Shown here one piece after another: positions 13,302-26,400 of a DNA stretch of 64,000 nucleotides. Position 1 is the first letter of the stretch; each line of letters begins with the position of its first letter. Origin of the DNA: Antedon mediterranea (taxonomy: Eukaryota; Animalia; Echinodermata); NCBI RefSeq assembly GCF_964355755.1, contig NC_092672.1, positions 13,764,001-13,828,000 of the forward strand, given 5' to 3'. The notes below the pieces were generated by a model. It searched no databases, was not told where the DNA came from, and worked only from the letters and a program-made list of their open reading frames with translations. The position numbers and the translations under genes are program-made.

Positions 13302-15373
13302 CCATTTCATATATTTGTTAATAAACTGTCAAGATATACATTACTACAGTAGTAAATATTTTATTGCACCTTTTTCAGTTTCTACTCTATGTAGGCCTCA
13401 GCGCTTAGAGGTTTCACGACATTAGGCGTTATATGAATCCATAATAAATTATATATTATCATTTAAACAATTTTATTTTGAGTAATAAAGTTTCATTTTT
13501 AAAATCACAGTGTTATTACGTATGTATTTCACGTATATATACGAGTTACAACATGCCGCCTTTTCTTTTACCCGTTTCAATTCCTACTAAATATATGACA
13601 AACTGCATTGTACTCTGCCTGCTTCTTAACAAAATTCACACTTGAAAGAAAAGAGAGATTGAACATGAGCATGCTATGAGCAGTGCAGAATATATTTGGG
13701 ATTTTTCACTAACTTATTTTTTGTTTTTGGTGACTGAATAAATATTATTATTACTATTTTCACCGCGCGGCTAGTTTAGGTTCTAGACGACGATTTGGTC
13801 TAATTTTCATAAAATAAAATATTTTGGCATACACGGCGTGCCATAACAACTATACTTCGGCTGGAAGCTATTTTTTTCTATAGTTACGCAGTATATGATT
13901 CGTTAGAATTTGTAAAGTTTGACTTTATATCTTGTTTAATGGTTTAGCGCCCTCTCTAGTTCTAGATAATAAGAGTTGGTCAGAGGTCATGTTGACCATG
14001 TGAATCTTTGAATTGGTGATTGATACGCACATCTTATGAGAATTCCCGTGAAATACAACCTTAATGTAATGACAAAGATCAAGGTTGATCTGTAGGGCCT
14101 GACTCAGAGTCAATTGGAGGGAGCTCGAGTTAGGACGAGGGTGCGGTTTTTTGAGGAGGGCCCAAGAGATTGTCCGGGGCAGACAGACCGACCGACATAG
14201 TGAACTATAGAGTCGCTTCCACGCGACTAAAAATATAAAAAAAATTATGAAAACATGAGGTAATATGAAATACAAAGTGAATTCACAAGCTTTAAAATGT
14301 TACTGATGAAGAAGATCAAATTATTAAAAATGTGATAATAGTGAAAATAATATGATTTTATGGTGATGACATGAAATGTAAATAAAAGTGGTGTTTACAC
14401 CACAAAGGAGGAAAAACCTCGGCCTAATGTGAACTACAAATTGTTGGCAAAAGTTATTTGTTTAAGGACATAGAAAGTCATTGGCATTGTTGGGTGGTCC
14501 CTATCAAACGTTCTGGCAGGAAGGTTCAATCGAAGTTGATTTTGGTTAGATATATTGTGGAATACGCGTCTCTTGATCCTTTGATCGAAGGCGTTTGATA
14601 GTTAATTTAAGGTTTTTTTTAACATTAAAAAGGTTTTGTTTCAAAGAAAATGTGTTGCGGTGGTTCCGCTGTTTTATGTTGAATCTTTTAGTCATGTCAT
14701 GGTTAATGGGGCGGGGCGTGAGGCAATGCTGCCCTCTTTCTCCTGCTTTATGTTTTGTACATGAAGTCAGGTTTGATTCAGGGTGCGAAGTTACCTGGTA
14801 GTCGGGGTAAAGAATGCAAGTTCATTCAGTATGCGGATGATTTGAGATGTGCGGTGTCGTCTTACTTTACTTCTGTGTTAACGGCGTTTGAAGTTGCGTC
14901 CGATTCGCGTTCTCATACACAAAGAATCTTGAATAAATTCGCGTTGCCAGAACGACTGAATGAGGACGTGTACAAAACCAGCTCCGCTAAATATTTTCAA
15001 CCAACACATTTTATAGTGATTCTACAATCTCACTGCTTCAGTAAGTCCATTTTACTTGCTTACTCACGTTCTACATCATTTTCCTGTTACTTATGGGGCC
15101 GAAACGAAATAAAGTTCCCTGAACCCACAGCAGCTGAGTCAACGATCAGCTCAAATCTCCCGCTACAGAAACATACCTTATACGGTCAGGAGCTGTGTGA
15201 GCTAAGCAAAGAGATCCGTGCCGGTATATCGAAGATTATGATCAATCATGAAAAAATATTCGATCGTATGCTTAATATTGAACCACTCAGCAATGCAAGT
15301 GGTTGCATTGCTAAATAGGATGTAGGCTATCTCAAAACTTCTAATAATGTAGTAGGTAGTGAAGTAAAGAAAA

Positions 15374-15515
15374 GGGAAGAAGACATGTTGTAGGAGAAGA
15401 AGTCATGTTGTAGGGGAAGAAGACATGTTTTAGGGGAAGAAGACATGTTTTAGGGGAAGAAGACATGTTTTAGGGGAAGAAGACATGTTGTAGGGGAAGA
15501 AGACATGTTGTAGGG
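15374..15515. repeat. 20-bp minisatellite, second array (~7 units)
   Basis: Same unit as 869..1070. Confidence 0.93.
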
Positions 15516-18500
15516 ACAGAAAGAGGATTACTTCAACTACCGTTCTAGTCTTCCTTTACTGACAAAGTTTGGGAGTGTCTTTGAAGACAGCCTAGATAGT
15601 GTCAATGGTGATTCTCAGAAGCAGCAAGTGCTCAGGAATCCTCGAATTTTGTTTCGAATAGTTCTCCGAATGAAACTTATTTCACTCGGATGAAGATTGG
15701 ATTTCTTATGGTGTGCCACACTCATGATAATATAGACCAGATATTTCATGCTTAATCAAATATCTCAACAAATATCGATCTTCGACACTTGACCATTCTT
15801 CAAAGAGTAGTTAAAACTCTCACAAAAAGCTAAGAATTAAATCAACTTTTATTTCATATTTGCACGACATTTAGGAGAACTTGTGTATGCTATAGATTCA
15901 ACACACCATATTTGTTTTGGATCAAACATGAAAGTGCATTATGTCCTATAAGAACAAAGTTTGGCATCTGTTGCTAATTTTTTGAGAATAGAAGAATGTG
16001 CGCGGTGAGATGAATTCCTATTTAAGATATCACACAAGGTATGGCAAACTGATCACTGGACGTGTTTTACTATTTTAGTGGCATTATTAAGAGGCATTTA
16101 TATTTTGTAAGGATATATCAGTTATTGTACAAATAATTAATGTTTATGAGTACAATGAGGCAAACAATATTTACGGGGTGAAAAGTGGGAGAGAAATCGA
16201 TGTAGCTCTGGAATACGAGCAAATCAAAAGCCAATTAAACCAGATTAGAAATACAGCATTAGTGTACTTCAAGACAGAAATAAAAAAAAAGATACAAAGC
16301 AAAATGTGCACCCGAATTGAATTTGAACTTCATAAGACAAATAAAAATGACGAAGAAAGGAATGTACCTCTCCAGATTTTTTATATAACAAAGTTTGTTT
16401 AAGTTTTATTATCCTACTCTTATTTCAGTATTAATCTGTTAATGCAGAAGAATTAAAGTTATAGTTAACAGGAGACGTGTAAAAAGCAGAAAAAATGGAG
16501 AAACAGAAATTGTTTATAACCATATGAGTTTATACAAATTATTATAAAATAACGAGAAAAGGTAGAAAACGGAAATTTAACGTACGAAAATGAAATTTGA
16601 ATAGAGTGTACTACTTATGAAAGAATAAAATTAATAAAGGTCGTTTAACCACAACAGATTAAAAAAAAGATTAGGACTGAAAATGTTTTACAAATGTTAC
16701 TGTAGACAACAATTAAGCATTTGTGCAGGTGTCAACAGTAACAACAAATATGAAGATTACAATCAATTATCAAAGGGGATTAAACAATAAAATGATGACA
16801 CCGAGAGCAGAAAAAACCACGAGATAACCTAAACCCGACGTGTAAGCGCGCCGCAAATAACTTGACCAATCACGACGCAATATTTCATCCAGACTGGTAA
16901 ACTCATGTTTTTGAGTGGGAACAAAGGTTAAAGAAGTAAAGCAAGTAGGCCTAAGCCTAAGTACAATGATATCATTCACGTTTTATATTTAAAACAGGCT
17001 TTTAATTTTTTTAAATTCAAAGGAAGAAAAATATTAAAAAAAAAAAAAAAAACAATTATAGTCAAAGAGTATTGGGTAAAAATAATAACATATTGAAAGT
17101 CCTTATGAATCCACTTGGACGCAATTCAAAATGGCGCCTAAAATGACCGTCATTCTCTATTTTTCCATAAGTCTGCAGCTAACACAATTTTAATTTCTAT
17201 TAGGAATCCAATCAAACATTAGTGTACTTTACTTTTGATAGAATGCTTGTATTTGTTGCATTTTTATCTTTTGGTGGTCGTTCTATTTGTACTTTACTTT
17301 AGGTAACAATAATACACACTTCTAATGTATATGTTTGTTTTGAGACTCAAATATTCCAACAAAACGCATTATTTTTTTTAACGCACAAGGCCCAATCAAA
17401 TTATTTTAGACTTTCCTAATTTCCAAAAATTGGTTAAAACGGAAATACATTTCGGGTTTTCTCATAACCTCATGGTTTTTTTAAGCACACAAGGAACAAT
17501 CTTCTTAGCTTTTAGAGAATATTTGAAAAAAAATCTTGTCATGATGAATCACTGTTTGGTGAAGAATTCACTATTTGTTTCTGATCAGACAATCTTAATA
17601 GTTCTATCTGATAATATATGGAGAAAAGATAATAAAGATAGATGCATTTTTGTTGGATGGACACAGATACACCTTCCATTTAACCATACGAAAACTGTTT
17701 ACTTGGTCTCATTTTTAAATTCGTCCTGATGTTCCAATAGTAACAGAAATAGAAAAGTGTTCAATAGAACCACATAAAACTGCACATAATGTTGCTCCTT
17801 ATCTTGGCACCTTCTTACATACATCTGTGATACCAGACTCTGAGAAAGAATGATCTGGATCTACTGCTAAACTGTTCACCACAAGCGATCATTTGTTTTA
17901 TATGGCAGTCACTTAATGCAATCAGTTTGGCCATAAACCGTCAGGCATATCGTTCGTACATCTGGCAACCACATTAATGGTACATATTTAATGAAAGAAG
18001 TGTAATTAGCTCAGCAAAGTCAAAGTACAAGAATATGTGACGGCGGCCCACCTTTTGACTGTTACTTTATGTAAAGGTTTGGTTGTCTCCACATCACTAG
18101 CAATAGCCGAGTCATACTGTTTTTGTCCGTAAGATGTATTTGGTTATATAGGTCGACTATTGAACACTAGACATCTTGGGAGTTTATATAATTTTGCTTT
18201 TCAAAGTCTCTTAATAAGAATTTCGTTTACTAATGTGCCTGAAAATATAATTTAGATAATAATGTATAATGTTTATTTTTTTTATTCATGAAAATTACGA
18301 GTGTCAGTCGTTCTTGTTCGAAAATGCATTATATTGGACTTATCGTATCTTAAAACAATGATATAACATTAAAAGTGTGTTTCTGTGATAACGTTATTTG
18401 AAAAAACAGCAAATTATATATCTAAGTAGGTATATTGTTGTGAGTGTTTTATTGGATCCTCTATATTCTATGGTGTATCTTTATTGGAGTCATGATGCCA

Positions 18501-19559
18501 CAAAACATATGTATAATAATATATATTAAAATTATACAGTGGTGGTTAACGGAAAACAGGTAATAGCGGTCATTTTAGACGACATCTTGAATTGCGGAAA
18601 ATTGTCAAAGATTTCTTTTATAATATTATGTCATTTTGTATATTATTCTAAACATATTCATGAAAAAAGAAGGTAAATCATTTCATCCATACACTTATTC
18701 AGTTATAGCAATAAATTGTCCCATACAACTCAACTCAACTTGATTATTGGTGAATAGAAAAAAGAGGGCCATCTATAGGAAAATCGACGAAGATAGCGTT
18801 AACAATGAGTGTTATAAAAGTGTCTCAATAAACAATTAATTTTTAACTGAAATTTAATTTTAATTTATTAAATGAATAACTGTTCACAAGCAATGGTTTG
18901 CAAAATATTATCTTTATTTGAAGTGGAGAAAGCGTAACATTTCATTGGCTATAAAATACTGTATTCGTGTATTGTATGTAGCCCTAATCGATTGTAGAAT
19001 GCATTGGATATGTAATTATTATAATTATTATATACATACACAAAATAAAATTGTTGAAACTTAAAACTTAATAATGCGGATAGCGAAAACCGAAAACCTT
19101 AACTTCATTAAGACTTGATTGAAGTTTTGACTATAGTAGACAACATCATTAAAGACTTAACTTACAGTAGGGAAAGATTGCATAATTGGATAACAAGAAT
19201 ATATTTCAACACAGATTATACTATAATGAAAAATGGCTGGAGCTCAAGAGGAATTGAAATGAAAACAATGGTATTAGACAGCTTCACAGGTCGTGCTGCT
19301 TGAAATCCAAGCAATTTCAGTTAGAAAGAATATTTCGGTATAAAACTACCTTATGTATACAATTGAATGAAACTGCAATTAAATGAAACTGAAATTAAAA
19401 GAAACAGACGTATTATATGCCATGTTTCCGTGTAACATAAATGAAAAGAGCATTTTAAAAAGTACATACTAATATTTTGGATATCTCTACATAGTAAAAT
19501 AACTGTAAAGAAAAAATCTAACAGTATCAATAAGTAATATAAAAATAACGCTTAAAAGA

Positions 19560-19820
19560 GAACGACGTTTCGACTCCATCATGGGGTCATTATCAAGTCC
19601 AATGAATAAAATATAAAACAACAACTAATTAAGTAGCACAAGCCAAGGGTCAAAGTTTAAATAACAAAAGACCTATTGTCTAACATCCTGTCAAATGAAA
19701 AGCTTAGCTTTTACAGAGTCACTTTGTTTATTCAGACTAGGTTTTAATTGTCTGATATACAACATTTCATAGATAAGACAGTCAAATTTGTTTTTGCATT
19801 TCCTAAGTATACTAAAACAT
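19560..19820 (-). mobile_element. 3' remnant of a Penelope-like element with minimal hammerhead motif
   Basis: The minus strand translates to CFSILRKCKNKFDCLIYEMLYIRQLKPSLNKQSDSVKAKLFI* (PLE GIY-YIG C-terminus). About 100 nt downstream is ggac-TTGATAA-T-GACCCC-ATGAT-GGAGTC-GAAAC-GTC-gttc. Confidence 0.75.
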
Positions 19821-20179
19821 GAATTAATTTTACTTATCAATAAGGTGACAAATAATTGCATTTATAGCACTATAAAAAAATAAATACAAAGAGAAAATAT
19901 TTACTACCGACATTTACCGACAAATAAATACGTTATAGAAGATTTTGCAGTATAACAATAGAAGCTCATTGGCTTATTTCTGTTGGGAACGTTATTGTTT
20001 TATAACAAGGCCATATACATGGCTGCAGTCGCGTGCTCAAATTTGAGTTAGTGTTTACCGACCGACCGACCGACCGACCGACCTCCCGACCACCCGACCA
20101 ACCGATCGACATAGTGAACTGTAGAGTAGAGTAAAAATACTACAGTGGAACAATTTGCTTTAAAGGAGAAAATATTAGA

Positions 20180-20900
20180 TGACAAAGTAAATCTTATAGA
20201 TTATCAGAAGAGGGGGCATGAGGGAAAAAACAAGGGCTAGAAAGAGAAAGCCCTACATAGAGATTCTTGGAGATGGCTTAGTAATGGTTTTTAGTCACGT
20301 GCAACGCGACTCTAAAGCTCACTATGTCGGTTGGTTGGTCGTCCGGTAAACACTAACTTGAGCACGCGACTGCAGCCATGTATATGGCCTTGTTTGAAGA
20401 AGGAGACAGAAGGTTTGATACTAGCTGCTCAAGAACAAGCTTTAAGAATGAATGTGATAAAATACAGTATACATCAGAAACACAGTTATGTAGATTATCT
20501 GGAGACTCTACTGAAACTGTAAGACATATTATCAGTGGATGCAAGATGCTCGCCCAGAGAGAGTATAGAAAGCGTCATGACAAGGTGGCATTGCGGGTAC
20601 TGTACACTGGGAGATTTGCAGAAAATATGAATGTACTGACAAATGGTATGACCATCAGCCATCCGCAGTCACAGAGAATAAAAACATTCGAATTACTTGG
20701 GACATGACAGTTTACACGGATAAGAAATTAAAACACAATCGACCTGATATTACTATTGAAAAGAAATGTAGGTTCCAATCGTAATTGGCGCTCTTGAAAT
20801 AATTTCAAAAAAATGCAAAAAAATGGCATGAAAAGTTAAGAGTTCAGATGTCGGCCATCCTGGAAACAGCACACATATTGAGAAAGCTGTTATGTCTCTA
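20180..20900 (+). mobile_element. Decayed R4/Dong-like (CCHC + restriction-like endonuclease) non-LTR fragment
   Basis: LKKETEGLILAAQEQAL, CRL..ETVRHIISGCKMLAQREYRKRHDKVA and WDMTVYTDKKLKHNRPDI motifs across frameshifts. Confidence 0.75.
20291..20394 (-). mobile_element. Short HINE-like copy inserted in a T-run of the R4-like fragment
   Basis: Reverse complement of AACAAGGCC...GTCGCGTTGCACGTGACTAA. Removing it restores ...NGFLKKETEG, and there is no TSD. Other copies at 20004..20135 (+) and 60255..60358 (-). Confidence 0.7.
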
Positions 20901-20919
20901 AGCTTCTTATTTCGTTTGT

Positions 20920-21330
20920 TTCCCAAGGTGAGATCTCGGTACCACCGAGCCATACACTGACTAAAAGTTGTAGAAAGATTCCTCCGTGTATTTACTATGC
21001 AGTAACCACTTTGATGCAGATAGATTATTACATACCGCAATGAATTATATTTTTTTACTATGATGACATCTCAAAAAATATAAATAAAAAAAATGATGCA
21101 CTGTCAAACTATATACTTTTAAATTTAACATATGAACATTTAAAAAAAAAAGTTAATGTTAAGTTTGTTATTTCTTATGATTATTAATGATGACTTAATC
21201 AACCTTTATTCTTTTAATTTCATATTAAAGTATACATAAGATACACTTTAAGAAAATGAAATGCAAAATAGGTGTTCCCGAGCATTCTGACGATCTATAT
21301 TAATTTTAAAATTTAGCATATTTTCACCAT
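20920..21330. repeat. Dispersed repeat, inverted copy at ~54130..54510
   Basis: GATTCCTCCGTGTATTTAC...GCAGATAGATTATTACATACCG and CCCGAGCATTCTGACGATCTATATTAATTTTAAAATTTAGCAT match the reverse complement at 54130..54510. Confidence 0.7.
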
Positions 21331-21334
21331 TTTA

Positions 21335-22075
21335 ACTTACACGTGCGTAGCGTGTCACTTTTGAGGTGCTCGTGTAACGTAATTTCGAGTTGAAACGTGA
21401 ATCAAATATGATGATATTATTAAAGAAAGTTTGTAAAACTGAAATCGGGCAAAAAGAGTGCGTATTAATGTTTAACGCGCAGAGCGCATGCAAAAATCTG
21501 CGCACTCATGGCAATTTTTAAAAAACTTAAAATTGACTGAAACGTACTCTAATTTCATCGAAAATAAATTTTGACAATTTTGAAAATTTTAAGCGCGCAT
21601 ACGCATGCGTTATATGCGCTACGCACGTAATTGTATTGCCATATGATGAAATATGACCTGAAATTTATGAGTTAAATTTTATTTAATTGTGATTCATGCT
21701 TGTGAAGATATGATTACAAACGTGATTTCGTTAAATCGTGCGTAGACCGCGTAAATTTTTGATTGCGCACCGTGAAAAACATAACTACATAGATTCCTGG
21801 CCATAAGGAATATACTCTGAAAAATTGACTTAGCTATATAAAACTGACATCAAGACAAGGCCATATACAAGTTAGTGTTTACCGACCGACCAACCAACCG
21901 ACCGACCGACCGACCAACCAACCGACCGACCGACCGACATAGTGAGCTGTAGAGTCGCGTTCCACGCGACTAACAATAACAAGGCCATATACATGGCTGC
22001 AGTCGAGTGCTCAAGTTAGTGTTTACCGACCCACCGATCAACCGACCGACATGGTGAGCTGTAGAGACTAATAAA
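21335..22075 (+). mobile_element. Composite HINE-like element(s)
   Basis: Core homologous to 6300..6790, followed by two (CCGA)n modules and a GTCGCGTTCCACGCGACTAA stem-loop. Confidence 0.65.
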
Positions 22076-23444
22076 AATATAATAACAAGCAAAAGCAAGC
22101 TACATGCAAACAATACAGTTACATACAGATCCTTCATCGAAATGCAACTGCCCAGCGTTTGGAGACGGAACCCAAACCACTTCGTTTAATGATGTTTTTA
22201 TGGGATGATTTATGGAAAATCGGTGACGATAACTTTAATAATGAGTGTTATATAAAAGTGTCTCAAAGAACAATTTTGAACTAAAATTGGCGATTAGCGC
22301 TTCGTAACACTCCATTGGCCTTACCGATTGGATATTTAATTAATGCATTTTGCTTAAAACTGATATTTTATGCAAATTGTGAAAACCGTTATGGCGCTCT
22401 GATTTCAGTGTGTCTTACGCCTACACGAATCAGTATACAATAGGCAATCAGAGAAACGCTACATAGAGGTGACCCATAGCCCTACAGTATGCGGCCTAAA
22501 ATAAATGCGCATTCTCATAATATTACATCTCTCTGGGATAATATTAAGAAACACAACGATAGACAATATTCAGATATTCATAATATTGTACTTACAAGGC
22601 TTACTTAATATATACGTTCTTGAATTTCAATTACGTGGCCCGGTATAACTGCACAGTACTAACGCGTTCTTCGTGGAATGCCTCATATCAGGATAACTGG
22701 TTGCGGGAAATTTAAATTAGGTTAGATCGGTTGAAAAAGCTGAATTGTATGGCGCGCTATTTGTGAATAATACTAATGGTAGGCCTGATATTGTATTTTT
22801 AGGTGGTATACATTTCGTCACCGATATAGATATGACCGTATGAATGCAATTAATATTAATTCTTTATTTGTCCACTTATTTTCAGAGTGGAAATTCTTTT
22901 TATATGCAAATACATATAGCATATAAAAATATTTTAACAGCAGTATACATATGATTTAATACATATATTTTTTGTATAAATTATTTATTAATAAACATTT
23001 TTTGTCCTAATTAGGCCTACCATTGCTGTTACCAGCATTTCCAATATTTCTAATATTAACGATATCAAGAAAGAGATCATGAACATGAAAACTCCTTATA
23101 ATTAAATATTAATCAGTGTAAACAAATTACGCTAGTTTTCTTTATATTACATAATATTATTGTGCCTCTGCATTCAGTATGTTTAGTGCTAATTACATTC
23201 TCTACTTACCTTTTACCTTTTATGGAAAGTATTATGAATGATGGGGTTTAACATTCATATTATAGCCTACATTCAATTTGAACACATCTGAATTATATAC
23301 GTCTGTGTAAAGTTACTGTACACTTCTTATTATATTATATGTTGAATCGGGCATGAATCAAAATGAAAAAAAATAAACAAGCCATGGTTTTATACTGTAG
23401 TATGACTAGCGGTGAGTAGTTTCACACATTCTTCTATAGTTGTC

Positions 23445-26400
23445 TTACAATAAACATGTTTCGTAAATATTCTGTTCATTGTCAATTGATTCGTAGACTT
23501 TCTCATCTTGTTCTTTGTAACTCTGGTATATAGTATTCTTACTCACGTAATGAACATTCTGGTAAATTAAAGAATTGTCTGTAGTCCCTTTGGTGTTGGC
23601 TCCGTTTGGTTTACATCGTCGAATCAGGATTATTGTCACCAAAAACAAAATAAACACAAGTGACGGAATTGTTCCACCCAGTATTCTAAAATAAAACAAA
23701 ATAATATTTACTTACATAAACCAGCTTAATATAGTATGTTACTAAAACTTGGTGTAATGAAAATCCACAAATGAAATTTACTAGTGTTTCTAATATTAAT
23801 AATTTTCATTATTTTCAATTTTCCAATAAATTATTGTCATAACATTTTTTTTCTCATATTAAAACGAAACCGATCTAATAAAGTACTTTTTAGTAGCTTT
23901 ATCATTAGTAATTTACTCTGCATTAAACCTACTACTGTAACATTGATCAGGGTTTACTTTAAGTATGCTCCTCAGTGAAAAATAATGCTTCTCATATTTT
24001 TCAACATCTGCAGGATTCAAAATGGTGTAAGGCCCTCGCTAATACGGAATGCTTTACCGTTCTGGATTTTGGAGATGTCGCCTTTAAACTTAAGGTCAAG
24101 GAAACCCTCCTTGAAACGACCTATAAATTACTCAAGGAGCCGGGCTGCCGGGCCCTGGTCCCCAGTATTTCATGTTAATACTCACCCCCCCCCCCTCTCC
24201 CCACCTACTATTAAAAACGGATCTGCGCCGTTGATTCAGACTATAGGCCTAATCACACATCAGGGCTTATACAAATTGTAACAAATTTAATAATAAAAAT
24301 AATATTAAGTGACGTAGCCAAATTATAGCATTGTATCATGTTAATACTACTAGATCTAAAGGGTATAACTAATATAATTTTTTAAATTATATATGCATTG
24401 AATAGTTAAAATTACATTATTTCCCGTTCTGTGTGTAATTTTGTGTGAAACAACAGAATCCAGTAGAACCACCAACACCCGTCATCTAATTTGGTTTTAC
24501 GTTTGTGAAAGTTGTTTTTAGCCTAATTCATCACATTACTAAACTCAGTAGTTTCATTTGTTCAACCAAAGGCTAAATCAGAATGGTAGACTAAGTTTAT
24601 TCGTGGGACTTCTGATTATAGGTAGTACTAATCTAAATTTGCAACGAGAAGCGTTTGTGTATCTGTGTTATGTTATTATAGACAAACGAGGTTATTTTGT
24701 GTATACTGAAAAGCTTATAAAGATGATTTAAATAAATAAAGATGTAAAATGTAACATTACATTATATACTTCTTATACTTTGTGTACGTCGTATCTGATG
24801 CATTAGTTACATTAAAGAAGCGGATTGTAACAAAATCGGTCTTCGTGTTTCCAATTACATCAGTAGCCTTCACAAAAAATATGAACGTTTCTTCATAATC
24901 AATATCTCTCAGTTCAATTGTCACCATTCCATTCTAAAATACGACAAGTTCGAGACTCTCAGTTTTAACATTCTCCGTTGCTGTTTCAAATTAATTGTTT
25001 TCAAATCAAATTAAATACTATTTATTTGTCATGTGTAAAATATTATATAAATATAAAAACATAACATTATTACTACTACTACTACTACTACTCATCAAAT
25101 TTAATAGTTGTATTAAGACACATCATTATTTTTATTTCTATATATTATAATTAACAAAAACAAATCCACAAACATTATGACAACAAAACATTAGGTTCCC
25201 ATATTTGGTAGAATCCGGCCTAAAAGCATTTGTTGTAACCACTTTGGTATTTGACAAGTACCTTATTATTCGGCAATATCGTCCATTCCTGTTCCAGTTC
25301 ATCGCCTTTTTCCACATCTGTTACATTCTTTGTTTCCAGAAAGTAATAATAATTCATGGTTGTAACTAAATATTCGAATTTCACAATGCCCTCTTTATTT
25401 GGAATAGCTGATAAGGGCCGTCCTGGTGGCTGGGCATTTGAATCGTACGTCTCTTCAAAATCGTCGCCAATTGTTTCGATTGCAAGTAAGAAACCTTCAT
25501 CGACATGTAATTTGTTCTGAAATCGCTTTTCCCATGATAACATTACCTAACAATTGGAACGATAACATTAAATATCAGCAAAAACAAACAATAAAACGTA
25601 TTTTGGTATAGTAGAAATTGTCCCGTCGTACCGCCACGCTGAAGGTGTCGCTTTTCAATCTAATTTGAACAGTATCATGACACCCCCAGTCGTTAGAAAA
25701 TCTGTATATCCTCATCTTATCGTCTCAAAATTAATGTATTTATTATCAGTATATCACCAGACGGTTTATATATGTCCGAAAATCTACCAATAATAATATT
25801 GACAAATTTAATTAATGAATAACCCTAATACTTAATAAATGTACATTTACTTTGTTTTGTTTGTTTCCATTTATTTTAACTTCTGAATTGTTGGCATACT
25901 TCACGCCTCCAACTATGACATCGATAGAACTATCATCTACAAATGATATTTCACTCTGGTTATCAAAAATGAAACACCGTCGAGCATTACGAGTGTTACC
26001 AGCACTATCATTAACACTCAAGACTACACAGTATACACCTATGTTAATGAAAAGCAAACACAAACATAGTTATATAACGTTATACTGTACGTCTGTCCTC
26101 AATATAAAACTGTAGATGACCTTTGTTCTAATGTTATGTTTGTTTCGATTATCTTTAAAAACGCTATCATAAGAATATGTGTTTGTTTTATTTTGAATCT
26201 ATTAATAATGTGTATATAGTACAACAATAGATCCAGTGAAACTCAGTTACTCCTTCCACAGAGATAGTAGAAATGTCCATTGGTGTTCTTAACAGTTATT
26301 CAAAATAGAAAAAAACACTGCCGAAGGACCAAACATGATTTTGTGATCATTATGGGATGAAGTTTTTAAAGTAATTTCTAAATTTTATCTTAAAGTGCCC

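Noticed and set aside
14755-15318. 187-aa ORF containing YADD
   Set aside because: A chimeric decayed LINE remnant made by a deletion; the paralogous copy is interrupted.
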